A stretch of DNA of 64,000 nucleotides from Vicinamibacterales bacterium (GCA_965197395.1 OZ240205.1:1501524-1565523); one strand, 5' to 3'. Counted from the first letter of the stretch, positions 35,824 through 44,911 are shown. Numbers and translations: made by a program. Notes: generated from the letters alone by a model not told the origin.

Positions 35824-38064
35824 CTACTTCGCCAATGGATCGGGCCGAATCTGGAAGTGCACCATCTTGCTCTTGGTGCCCTTGCCGCCTTCGGTGTGCC
35901 AGACGTAGTTCGTTCCGTAGTTGGCCCAGAGGCCACGGCCCTTCCACCCGGCGTTCGGATCGTCGATCCGTCCGTCGAGCCCCCGCGAGTAGAACGCCAT
36001 CGGATACGGCACGCGCAGGATGGTCCACTCGCCGCTCTCCGGATCGAGCGCCAGCAGTGAATCCGACGTCGAGCCGTCGGCGACCGGGATGTTTTCGCCG
36101 AGCCCGAGCGTGTTGTACTGGTCGACCCAGCTGTAGTAGTGGAAATCGGCACTGCCCGGTGTGTTGACACCCTTCATCTGCGGGCCCGGCACCTGATAGA
36201 GCGTCCAGCCTTCGGGGCAGTGCTGGCCGGTCGCGTCGGGGCCGTTCGTGACGGCGCACTCCGTCCGGTCGAAGCTCGCCATGTGGCTGCTACCTGACAG
36301 CGCCGTCCAGATGACGCCGTTCCGATCGACGTCAATGCCACGCGGCGCGCTGCCGGTCTTCATCGCGTCGATGTCGGGGTTCTCGATCGACGGCGGCTCA
36401 TAGACCTCGGCGATGCAGGTCTCGGGCGGGTTGTCGCCACGCTCGAGACGGACCAGACGGCCCGGGAAGGGCCCGGTGCGGCTGATCCAGATCGAGTCAT
36501 CGGTCGGGCTCGCGATGATGCCGTAGCCGAATCCGGCGATTCGCGTGTCCAGGCTCGAGTCGACCTCGCCCTCACCACGCGGGTTGGGCTCGTTCCATGG
36601 CTTGGTGATCTTGCCGTCGCCGTTGGTGTCGATGACCGTCGGGCACCATCCCTGCGAGAACCGCTCGTCGCCGGTCTCGTCGTAGACCTTCGTGTCGATC
36701 CAGCCGACGACATTGCCGTCGCCGCTGAACCAGAGCGTGTCGTTCGCATCCTCACCGAACTGCAGGTGATGGGTCCCGAAGCAGGTGTCGATCAGCACGA
36801 ATGCTTCGGTCTCCGGATCGTAATACGACGCCTGCCGACCGCTCCTCTCCACCGGGAAGAACTTCGCGTAGTCGTTATCCGACCCCTCCTTGCACCAGTC
36901 CGGGTTCGGACGAGCGCGAACGGTGGAGGTCATCCAGACGCGACCCTTCTGGTCCATCATCGGGTTGTGAGGATCAGCGGAGTTCTCGTGCCCGTCTGGC
37001 CCGCCAGCCCCCCAGAGGAGCTGGTCGCCCCAGTAATACGACGGCTGGAGCTGCGTCTGCGGGAAGCGCGACGGCACGCTGTCGGGATCGTCCGGTCGCA
37101 CCGGAATCGGCAGCTCGACGGCGGTGTTCGCGATCGGGTCGACGACGGTCAGGCTGCCGTGCCCTGCCGAGACACCGTAGACCGGTCCGTAGCCGTTGAC
37201 CGTCGGATTCCGCTTGTCCGTGGTGATCTCGTCGTGGATGAAGGCGCTGTCTTTCCCCCAGTCCCACAGGGTCACCACGAGATTCCGCTCGACGCCCTTC
37301 GGACGGGGCGGCCGGGGCGGCGTCTCGCCGGCGGCGATCCGGTCCGTCCAGTCGGCGAACATCTCGAGCGCGCGCTGTCGCCCGAACCGGTTCATCGTGC
37401 CGTTCATCGACGTGCCGCGCTGGCCGGTCTGGACGCGGTGATCCCATGCCGCCACGGTCGAGTCGAAGTCGTCGCGGCGCTGCACGACGCGCGTCGCGGT
37501 GTTGCCGAGCTGGTGGCAGAGCTGGCAGCCCTGCTTCATGACGTCGACCCACGCCCCCTGGCTCTTGAGGTTCTCCGAGATCCCGTTGCCGTCGGGACCG
37601 GTGCCGGGGAACTCATGCGCGGCCGGCGGCTCGATCAACGAGTACCAGTAGTTGCCGGGGTAGTACTGCGCCGCGGCTCGCTCGTTCGGTGCCACGACCC
37701 CGGTGAGACTCACCTCGTCGGTGGTCGGCGACAGCTTGACCTTCTCGGAATCGACCAGGCCATAGCCCCGCACCCAGACGTCGTAGGTCACGTCGGGCAG
37801 CTCGGGGAGCACGTATCGTCCGTTGTCGTCGGTCACGACGATCTTCACGAACTTCGTTTCGAGCTCCTCGGTCTCGGCGATGACCCAGACGCCGGCCTCA
37901 CGACCGGCGCTGCTCTCGACGACGCCGCTGATGTACCCATCGGCCGCCGCGGCCTCCTCGGCGCTTGGCAGGGCCACGATGGCGCCGATCAAGCCGCCGA
38001 GTGCCACCGTGCAAACGGCGAGACGCACCCGCGTGCGTCGTGGTGATTGTGTCCGCGCGCTCAT
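35824..38064 (-). CDS. Exported CarboxypepD_reg-like domain protein with a CxxCH motif and a large beta-rich C-terminal region
   Basis: It has a signal peptide. 'GYISGVVESSAGREAGVWVIAE...DDNGRYVLPELPDVTYDVWVRGYG' is a carboxypeptidase-regulatory-like fold. 'MKQGCQLCHQLGN' is a CxxCH motif. The start was trimmed to ATG 38064. Confidence 0.65.
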   Translation of the reverse strand: MSARTQSPRRTRVRLAVCTVALGGLIGAIVALPSAEEAAAADGYISGVVESSAGREAGVWVIAETEELETKFVKIVVTDDNGRYVLPELPDVTYDVWVRGYGLVDSEKVKLSPTTDEVSLTGVVAPNERAAAQYYPGNYWYSLIEPPAAHEFPGTGPDGNGISENLKSQGAWVDVMKQGCQLCHQLGNTATRVVQRRDDFDSTVAAWDHRVQTGQRGTSMNGTMNRFGRQRALEMFADWTDRIAAGETPPRPPRPKGVERNLVVTLWDWGKDSAFIHDEITTDKRNPTVNGYGPVYGVSAGHGSLTVVDPIANTAVELPIPVRPDDPDSVPSRFPQTQLQPSYYWGDQLLWGAGGPDGHENSADPHNPMMDQKGRVWMTSTVRARPNPDWCKEGSDNDYAKFFPVERSGRQASYYDPETEAFVLIDTCFGTHHLQFGEDANDTLWFSGDGNVVGWIDTKVYDETGDERFSQGWCPTVIDTNGDGKITKPWNEPNPRGEGEVDSSLDTRIAGFGYGIIASPTDDSIWISRTGPFPGRLVRLERGDNPPETCIAEVYEPPSIENPDIDAMKTGSAPRGIDVDRNGVIWTALSGSSHMASFDRTECAVTNGPDATGQHCPEGWTLYQVPGPQMKGVNTPGSADFHYYSWVDQYNTLGLGENIPVADGSTSDSLLALDPESGEWTILRVPYPMAFYSRGLDGRIDDPNAGWKGRGLWANYGTNYVWHTEGGKGTKSKMVHFQIRPDPLAK

Positions 38065-38131
38065 AACGACTCCTCCTCGCTCAGCATCCCAATCGGTTGT
38101 TGAACAGAACCGGTTCACGTTCGTGCTCACG

Positions 38132-39607
38132 TCACGGCTGCTCTAGCTCGGCAGCGGCGGCGAGACGCTCTTCGGGCGACAGGTCTTCGGGCCGGCGCGT
38201 CCCTGCATCGAGGTCGGCGCCGAGCTCGGTCAGAAGCGCGACCAGGTGCGGATGACGGTTGAAGGTGTTCGGGTAGAACACCCCCTGCGCAATCGACAGG
38301 GCCGACCATCCCTTCCCGTTCACTGCGTCGATGTCGGCGCCGTTGTTGACCAGGAACCGCACGATGCCCTCGGCGCCGCGATGGATGGCTCCGTGCAGCG
38401 CGGTATCGCCGTTGGCGTCGACCGCGTTCACGTCGTTACCCAGCTCCCACGCCAGCGTCACCGCATCGAGCGCCTCGGGGTTGGTCCCGGGGTTTTCCCC
38501 GATCTTCCAGATTCCAACGCCGGCGGCCGCCATCAGCGGCGTCACGCCTTCCTCGGTCGTCACGGCAGGATCGGCCCCGAGCTCGATGAGCAACCGCATC
38601 ATCTCCACGTCGGCGACTTTTGCCGCCTGGAGAAAGGGCGTCGACCCGAGCCGCCGCAGCATGTTGCGATTCCCATCCCTCGGCTCTTTCGTCTGCCGTG
38701 CATCGACGTTGGCCCCGGCCGCCACGAGCGCACGCGCCATGTCGAGCCCGTCGAGCTCACCCAGTGGGACCGGGAACGGAGGGTTTCTGCCCAGGTTGGG
38801 GCGGCGCGTCCAGACGACTTGGTGCAGGGCCGTCCAGCCGTGTGCCTCGGCGTTCGCGTCGGCACCGGCGTCGAGGAGCGCCTCGGCGAAATCGTACTCG
38901 GCGTTGAAGACCGCGAGGACGAGCGCGCTCATGCCGGTCTTTGGCAGCGTGGCGTCGACGTTGGCCCCGCCGGCGGCGAGGACCTGCAGCATCTCGATGT
39001 GACCCTCGCGCGCGGCGAACAGCAGCGGTGTGAAGCCGGCCTCGGACCGCGCGTTGACATCGGCCTCCGCGTGGATCAGCGCCTCGGCCGCCGCGGTCTG
39101 GTTCTGCGCCGCCGCCCACATCAAGGCGGTTTGCCCGCGCCAGTCCTCGATCGCGTCCATCGCGGCGCCATGTGCGAGCAACACCCGTACAGCGTCGGCG
39201 TTGCCGGTCCGCGCCGCAGTCATGAGCGGCGTCTCACCCTCGGGGTTGGCGCGGTTGGCGTCGGCACCCGCCTCGAGCAGCCGGGTGATCATCGGCGTGC
39301 TCCCGTTGATCGACGCGAGCGCGAGCGGTGTCACGCCGTAGCGATTTGTCGGGTCGGCGGCCGCGCCGGCCGCGAGCAGCAGCTCGGCGAGCTCCAGATG
39401 GTTGCCGTGCGCCGCCCAGTGGAGCGCGGTCGTACCGTCGATCTCGGTCGCGTTGATATCGATGGCGTCGGTGATCAGGGTCCGCACCAGCGGCGCGTCA
39501 CCGGACTTGACGGCGTCGATGAGGGGCACTTCGCCCGCCGCCGCGAGAGCAGTCACCGCAAGACAAACCATCAAGAGACAGGCAAAGCCGCGTTGCATCA
39601 TCGTCAT
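38132..39607 (-). CDS. Secreted ankyrin-repeat protein (cassette copy A)
   Basis: The signal-like N-terminus is 'MTMMQRGFACLLMVCLAVTALAAAG'. There are many ANK units ('DGTTALHWAAHGNHLELAELLLAAGAAAD', 'GETPLMTAARTGNADAVRVLLAHGA', and others). The start is ambiguous (39607, 39601, 39598 or 39658) because of the 51-bp duplication. Confidence 0.85.
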   Translation of the reverse strand: MTMMQRGFACLLMVCLAVTALAAAGEVPLIDAVKSGDAPLVRTLITDAIDINATEIDGTTALHWAAHGNHLELAELLLAAGAAADPTNRYGVTPLALASINGSTPMITRLLEAGADANRANPEGETPLMTAARTGNADAVRVLLAHGAAMDAIEDWRGQTALMWAAAQNQTAAAEALIHAEADVNARSEAGFTPLLFAAREGHIEMLQVLAAGGANVDATLPKTGMSALVLAVFNAEYDFAEALLDAGADANAEAHGWTALHQVVWTRRPNLGRNPPFPVPLGELDGLDMARALVAAGANVDARQTKEPRDGNRNMLRRLGSTPFLQAAKVADVEMMRLLIELGADPAVTTEEGVTPLMAAAGVGIWKIGENPGTNPEALDAVTLAWELGNDVNAVDANGDTALHGAIHRGAEGIVRFLVNNGADIDAVNGKGWSALSIAQGVFYPNTFNRHPHLVALLTELGADLDAGTRRPEDLSPEERLAAAAELEQP

Positions 39608-39702
39608 CGACCATCCGTCGCGGGGCTGAAGCCCCGCGCTACGGGAGATCCTCGTCATCGACCATCCGTCGCGGGGCTGAAGCCCCGCGCTACGGGAGAT
39701 CC
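39601..39702. repeat. Perfect 51-bp tandem duplication (2 copies), each carrying a REP-like hairpin and an ATG
   Basis: 39601..39651 and 39652..39702 are identical: 'tcgtcatcgaccatccgtcgcggggctgaagccccgcgctacgggagatcc'. Confidence 0.95.
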
Positions 39703-39706
39703 TCGC

Positions 39707-41062
39707 CTACACCCCGCTCAACGGCTCGAGCGGCAAGCGCCCGGTGCTGTCACCCAGCTCCTCCGCAGGCACCCCCACTTTGTCGAGCATGCTCACGAGC
39801 AGGTTCGTCATCGGGGTTTCACCGTCGAACTTGACCTGCCGGCCCCCCTCGATCGAGCCGGCGCCGCCGCCCGCGAGGATGAGCGGTAGGTCCATGTGCG
39901 AATGCTGGTCACCGTCACTGATCCCGCCACCGTAGAGGATCATCGCCTGATCCAGCAGCGTCCCGTCGCCGTCAGGCGTCGCCTTGAGCTTCTCGAGGAA
40001 GCCGGCGAGGAGACTGACCTCGTAGGTGTTGATCAGCGCGTATTTCTCGAGCCTTTCGGCGTCCAACTGGTGATGCGACATCGCATGGTGCGGGTCGGGC
40101 ACGCCGATCTCCGGGAAGCTCTGCGACGTCTGTTCGCGGCCGATCAGGAACGTGAAGACGCGCGTGATGTCGGCCTGGAACGCAAGCGCCTGCAGCTCGA
40201 ACATCAGCTTCGCATGCTCGTCGAACGACTCGGGCACGCCGACCGGACGCTCGAGCACCTCGGGCAGCGCCGCATCGGTCTGCGCCTCGGAGCGCTGGAT
40301 CCGTCGCTCGATTTCCCGCACCGCGTCGAGATACTGCGTGACGCGCGAGCGGTCGCCGGCACCGAGCGTGCGCTCGAGCCGCGCCATGTCTTCGCGGACG
40401 GCGTCGAGGATGCTGCGGTCGTCCTGCAGCCGCGCGGCGCGTTGCTCCTCGGTGCCGCCTTCCCCGAAGAGCCGCTCGAAGACGACCCGCGGGTTGTGCT
40501 CCATGGGCAATGGCGTGGTCGGCGACCGCCAGGAGAACGTGTTCGTGTACACGCAGCTATAGCCGTTGTCGCAATTGCCGACGACGAAGCTGTTCTCCAG
40601 CGCGAGCTCCAGGGACGGCAACGGCGTGTCCTGACCGAGCTTGGCGGCCGCGAGCTGATCGACCGTCGTGCCCGCCCGCACGTCAGCGCCTTCGGTGCGC
40701 TTTGGATGGACGCCGTTGAGCCACACCGAGCTCGCGCGCGAGTGCTCCCCGTTGCCGTCGCCCCACGCCTCGGCCTGCCGGTGATCCAGGCCGCTCGGGA
40801 TCACGACCTGGTCGCGGACGTTGGCCAGCGGCTGCAGGATGCGCGAGAGCTCGAGCGCCCCGCTCGGGCCCTTCGGCGTCCACTGCGACATGTTGGCGCC
40901 GTTCGGGATGTAGATAAACCCGAGCCTCGGCACCGCCTTCGCCGCCGTCTTGGCCAGGGCGGACGCGGCTGGGACCATCGCGTCGAGCAGCGGTAACGCC
41001 AGCGTCGCGCCCATCCCGCGCAGGAAGGTACGTCGCGGCAGCGACCTCTTCGTGATGATCAT
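39707..41062 (-). CDS. DUF1552 domain-containing protein with twin-arginine signal (cassette copy A)
   Basis: The N-terminus is 'MIITKRSLPRRTFLRGMGATLALPLLDAM'. It is collinear with the paralogs at 61319..62668 and 47828..49168. It has an ATGA overlap with the upstream gene. The track ORF (to 42337) over-extends into a shadow frame. Confidence 0.85.
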   Translation of the reverse strand: MIITKRSLPRRTFLRGMGATLALPLLDAMVPAASALAKTAAKAVPRLGFIYIPNGANMSQWTPKGPSGALELSRILQPLANVRDQVVIPSGLDHRQAEAWGDGNGEHSRASSVWLNGVHPKRTEGADVRAGTTVDQLAAAKLGQDTPLPSLELALENSFVVGNCDNGYSCVYTNTFSWRSPTTPLPMEHNPRVVFERLFGEGGTEEQRAARLQDDRSILDAVREDMARLERTLGAGDRSRVTQYLDAVREIERRIQRSEAQTDAALPEVLERPVGVPESFDEHAKLMFELQALAFQADITRVFTFLIGREQTSQSFPEIGVPDPHHAMSHHQLDAERLEKYALINTYEVSLLAGFLEKLKATPDGDGTLLDQAMILYGGGISDGDQHSHMDLPLILAGGGAGSIEGGRQVKFDGETPMTNLLVSMLDKVGVPAEELGDSTGRLPLEPLSGV

Positions 41063-43449
41063 GACGGCGATCTCCTCATCCGAAACGGCACGCTGTCGAC
41101 GACGCCCAGGATGAGCGACGACAGACGGTAATCGTTCTCGGCCGCGTTGCGGACGATGGACCGGACCGCCGCGGCATCGTAATACTCGACCCCACGCCCC
41201 AGCGCGTAGGTCAGGAGCTTCTCGGTCACGGTGGTCACGAAGCGGTCGGGATGCCGCAGCAGCGCGGCTTTCAGCCCGGCCGGTCCGTCGTATTCGCTGC
41301 CGTCGGGCAGCACGCCCGAGGCGTCGATCGCGGCCTTCGTCTCGCTTCGGTCGCGCCAGCGCCCGACCGCGTCGAAGTTCTCCAGCGAGAGGCCTGGCGG
41401 ATCCATGAGCAGGTGGCAGCTGGCGCAGACGGGGTTGGCGCGATGCTGCTCCATCGCCTCCCGCATCGACAGCGGCGCCCCACCCTCGGCGGTCTCGAGG
41501 TCGGGCACATCGGGCGGCGGGGGCGGTGGCGGCGTGCCGAGGATGTTCTCGAGAATCCACTTTCCACGGAGCACGGGTGAGGTCCGGTTGGCATACGACG
41601 TGACCGTGAGAATGCTGCCGTGACCGAGCAACCCACCCCGGACATCGTCCTCCAGCGTGACGCGTCGGAAGTGGCTGCCGCGCACGTTCGGGATCCCGTA
41701 GTGCTGGGCCAACCGCTCGTTGACAAAGGTATAATCCGCGGCCAGCAGATCGAGCGTATTGCGGTCCTCGCGGAGCACGCTGGTGAAGAGGAGCTCGGTC
41801 TCCCGCCGGAACGCCTGCCGCAATCCCTCGCCGAAGTCGGGGAACGCGTCCTCGTCGGGCGTCACGGCGGCCGCGTTGCGTAGGGTCAGCCACTGGCCGG
41901 CGAAGTTCGTCACCAGCGCCTCCGACCGCGGATCGGCGAGCATCCGGCGCACCTGGCGCTCGAACTCTGTTGGGTCCGCGAGCACGCCGCGGGCCGCCAC
42001 GTCGAGCAGCTCGTCGTCCGGGATACTGCTCCAGAGAAAGAACGACAGCCGCGACGCGAGCTCCAGATCGCTGAGCCGATAGTTCGTTCCCGGGCCGACG
42101 CCGTCCGGATCGCGCTCGACCCGAAACAGGAACTCGGGGCTGACGAGCAGTCTGCGGAGCGCCATCTCGATGCCGGTTTCGAAGCTGCCCTGCGCACGGC
42201 CCCGCTCGTAGAACGTCAGCAGCCGCGCCACGTCGTCGCCAGTGACCGGTCGCCGATACGCCCGACGCCCGAGCCGGGAGAGGATCTGCCGGGCACAGGC
42301 GATTTCGTCGGCCGGCGCGGTACGGGCCGGGCGGCAAACGAACACGCGGGCGTAGCTCGGAGTCTCATCGATCGGACGCGCGCCGCTCGCCTCGTACGGA
42401 CCGGCGATCGTGACGCTCTCGACGTAGGGCTGATACCGCGAATCGCCGCCGGAGCCTTCTCCGGTGAACGGCCGCAGATACAGCTTGCGAATGCCCTCCG
42501 GCTCGGCCGAGGTCTTCCGCAGAAAGGCCACACCCACCTGGCGAGGCCCGGCCTTGATCGGGATGCGCACCTTCAGCGTGTCGATGGTGGGGACATACAA
42601 GCCGCGCGGATCGTCGGGGTCGGGCGCCTTGCCGACCGACAGCAACTCGACGCGCTCGCCGTCGACGGTCACCTCGAGCTGGTGTGGCTCGATGCGCAGT
42701 GGGCCGTCGGGCATGACCTCGATGACGTAGTCCGCGTCCTCGGGGAAGTTGTAGTCGACCAGCACGCCGCCGCGTGTCCCGAACGGCAGCCCTTCGAGAC
42801 GCTCGTCTTGCCCGAGATCCGAGGCGATGCGAAAGGTGTCCGCGGTCGGTGACGGCACCGGAGATGCGACCGCCAGGCGGCTGATCTTGCGCGCCGCCGA
42901 GAGGTAGCGCTCCATCAGCGTCGGCGAGACGCCGAGCACACCGGCGATGTTGTCGAATCCGTAGCTCGTATCGTCGGCCGGCAACAGCTGGTCGACGTCC
43001 GCGTCGAGCGCCAGCAGGTCGCGCACGGCGTTGCGGTACTCGGTGCGGCTCAGGCGGTGAAACGTCTCGGTGCGACCCGGATTGGGATTCGAGGCCGCCG
43101 CGCGATCGAGCTCACGCTCGAGCCGCGCGCGAAACCCGTCATAGGCCTCCTGGTCCGGACGCGGTCTGGGGCGCGGTGGCATCGCGCCGGCCCTCAGCTT
43201 CCGGACGACCTTCTCGAAGGCCTCGGGGTGCGCCGCGACATCGTCGACGTCGATCGCGTCGAAAGAGAACCCTCCGGTCCGGAGCCGGTCGTTGTGGCAG
43301 GTGGTGCAGTAGCGGTCGACGAGGGCGCGCTCCGCCGAGACGACGCCCGTAGCGGTCTCCTGCCCACCGCCGGTGGCAGATAGATCGATCGACCCTGCGC
43401 AGACCGCTGTCAAGACGGCGGCGACGGTGACAGACAGACCTCTCAGCAT
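41059..43449 (-). CDS. Exported multi-domain DUF1592/DUF1595/DUF1588/DUF1585-family protein with two CxxCH motifs (cassette copy A)
   Basis: It has a signal peptide. The N-terminus has 'YCTTCHNDRLRTGGFSFD' and the C-terminus has 'ANPVCASCHLLMDPPG'. 'RLSFFLWSSIPDDELL' and 'TSPVLRGKWILENILGTPPPPPP' are typical of this planctomycete-type family set. Confidence 0.8.
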   Translation of the reverse strand: MLRGLSVTVAAVLTAVCAGSIDLSATGGGQETATGVVSAERALVDRYCTTCHNDRLRTGGFSFDAIDVDDVAAHPEAFEKVVRKLRAGAMPPRPRPRPDQEAYDGFRARLERELDRAAASNPNPGRTETFHRLSRTEYRNAVRDLLALDADVDQLLPADDTSYGFDNIAGVLGVSPTLMERYLSAARKISRLAVASPVPSPTADTFRIASDLGQDERLEGLPFGTRGGVLVDYNFPEDADYVIEVMPDGPLRIEPHQLEVTVDGERVELLSVGKAPDPDDPRGLYVPTIDTLKVRIPIKAGPRQVGVAFLRKTSAEPEGIRKLYLRPFTGEGSGGDSRYQPYVESVTIAGPYEASGARPIDETPSYARVFVCRPARTAPADEIACARQILSRLGRRAYRRPVTGDDVARLLTFYERGRAQGSFETGIEMALRRLLVSPEFLFRVERDPDGVGPGTNYRLSDLELASRLSFFLWSSIPDDELLDVAARGVLADPTEFERQVRRMLADPRSEALVTNFAGQWLTLRNAAAVTPDEDAFPDFGEGLRQAFRRETELLFTSVLREDRNTLDLLAADYTFVNERLAQHYGIPNVRGSHFRRVTLEDDVRGGLLGHGSILTVTSYANRTSPVLRGKWILENILGTPPPPPPPDVPDLETAEGGAPLSMREAMEQHRANPVCASCHLLMDPPGLSLENFDAVGRWRDRSETKAAIDASGVLPDGSEYDGPAGLKAALLRHPDRFVTTVTEKLLTYALGRGVEYYDAAAVRSIVRNAAENDYRLSSLILGVVDSVPFRMRRSPS

Positions 43450-43771
43450 CGAGCTCCGGGGACCCCGCAGAACTTCCTCGTGGAACCTACAGAAACCGTT
43501 AAGCGTAAGAAACAGCCTAGTTTGTACGAACCGCGCGGGAGGTGTCAATCACTCAGTGCGCCATCGATTCCCGGTGCGGCCGCGCCCAATCAACCCCACG
43601 CCGGCTGGCCGCTGGCGCCGAGGCGGACGGGCCCCACACCCCGATTCGGATGATGCGAACTGGCCGCTCGGAGGGCTATGATGGGGCCGCAGCGCCCACG
43701 TGTGGATCCGTCGGACCCAGTGCGGCGTCACGTGTCGTCGGCCGGCCCATCAACCTGAAAGGACGGCAGTC

Positions 43772-44851
43772 ATGGCCTCTTCACGACGGCGATTCCTGCG
43801 GAGCGCAGCGGCGATGGGGGGCGCGGCGTTTGGCGGACGCGCGACGGCCTGGAACGACATCGCGTTGGCGCGTGAGGCTCCGACAGCGCGCTTCTCCCCA
43901 ACTGCGCTGCTCGCCGAGCACGAAGCGGAGCAGGCAGCTCCCGCCGCCGCCAGTGCTGCGACTGCGCAGTCCGATCCGCGGATGCCAACCCAGGCGGAGG
44001 TGGAGTCGTGGTACACCGACCGGCGCAACTGGGGACGGTGGGGCGACGACGACCAGAAGGGCGCGGTCAACCTGATTACGCCAGCGAAGAGCGCTGCGGC
44101 GGCGGCAATGGTGCGGACGGGGCGGAAGGTCTCGCTGAGCCGGGTCTTCGAGCCGCCCCAACATTTCATGCGCAAGAGTCCCCGACCGGGCGGCGCCGGC
44201 GCCGTGGTCGACTACTACGGCTTCATTTACCACGGCCAGACGATCACCCATATCGACGGTCTCTGTCACATGTGGGACCGCGACGGAATGTGGCAGGGCC
44301 GCGACCCCGACGTCGAGGTGACCTCGCAGGGGGCCCACTTCGGCACCATCGACGCCTGGAGCGACGGCATCATCACGCGCGGCGTCCTGATCGACGTGCC
44401 ACGGCATCGGGGCGCGTCGCACGTCACCCCCGGGAACCCGGTCCAGGGCTGGGAGATCGAGGAAGCGGCGCGTGAGCAAGGGGTCGCGGTCGAACCGGGT
44501 GACGCGTTGCTCGTCTACAGCGGGCGGGAGCGATTCATGGCGGCCGGTGGTGAGTACGCCGGCGGTGACCGGCCGGGGCTCGGCGTCACCTGCGCCAAGT
44601 TCATCCGCGATCACGACGTGTCGCTCCTTGGTTGGGACATGATGGACGCGCGCCCGGATCCCTACGGGATGGCATTCCCGGTTCACGGCGTGCTCTTCAA
44701 CTACGGCGTCGCCCTGCTCGACAACGCCCTGCTGGAGCCGCTGGCTGACGCGTGCGCCGAAGAAGGCCGGTACGAGTTCATGTTCATGGGTCTGCCGCTC
44801 AAGGTGGCACGCGGCACCGGCAGCCCAGCGAATCCCATCGCGATGTTCTAG
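43772..44851 (+). CDS. Cyclase family protein (kynurenine formamidase-like fold) with Tat signal
   Basis: The N-terminus is 'MASSRRRFLRSAAAMGGAAFG'. 'GQTITHIDGLCHMW' is a variant of the cyclase HxGTHxDxPxH region. An RBS 'gaaaggacgg' lies upstream of ATG 43772. Confidence 0.65.
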   Translation: MASSRRRFLRSAAAMGGAAFGGRATAWNDIALAREAPTARFSPTALLAEHEAEQAAPAAASAATAQSDPRMPTQAEVESWYTDRRNWGRWGDDDQKGAVNLITPAKSAAAAAMVRTGRKVSLSRVFEPPQHFMRKSPRPGGAGAVVDYYGFIYHGQTITHIDGLCHMWDRDGMWQGRDPDVEVTSQGAHFGTIDAWSDGIITRGVLIDVPRHRGASHVTPGNPVQGWEIEEAAREQGVAVEPGDALLVYSGRERFMAAGGEYAGGDRPGLGVTCAKFIRDHDVSLLGWDMMDARPDPYGMAFPVHGVLFNYGVALLDNALLEPLADACAEEGRYEFMFMGLPLKVARGTGSPANPIAMF

Positions 44852-44911
44852 CGGAGGAGGAATGAGGGCACGTCCTGTGCCCCCACATCCCGGAGTTCGC
44901 TTGTGTGACAA

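Noticed and set aside
39601-39702. Tandem repeats as a CRISPR array
   Set aside because: There are only two directly abutting copies with no spacers and no cas genes. It is a simple tandem duplication.
39707-42337. 876-aa track ORF that reads as one giant protein
   Set aside because: Only the C-terminal ~452 aa (from 'MIITKRSLPRRTFLRG', ATG 41062) are protein-like and match the 449-aa paralog. The N-terminal ~424 aa are Arg/Pro/Gly-rich and lie in a shadow frame over the 3' part of the DUF1592-family gene, which ends at 41059.
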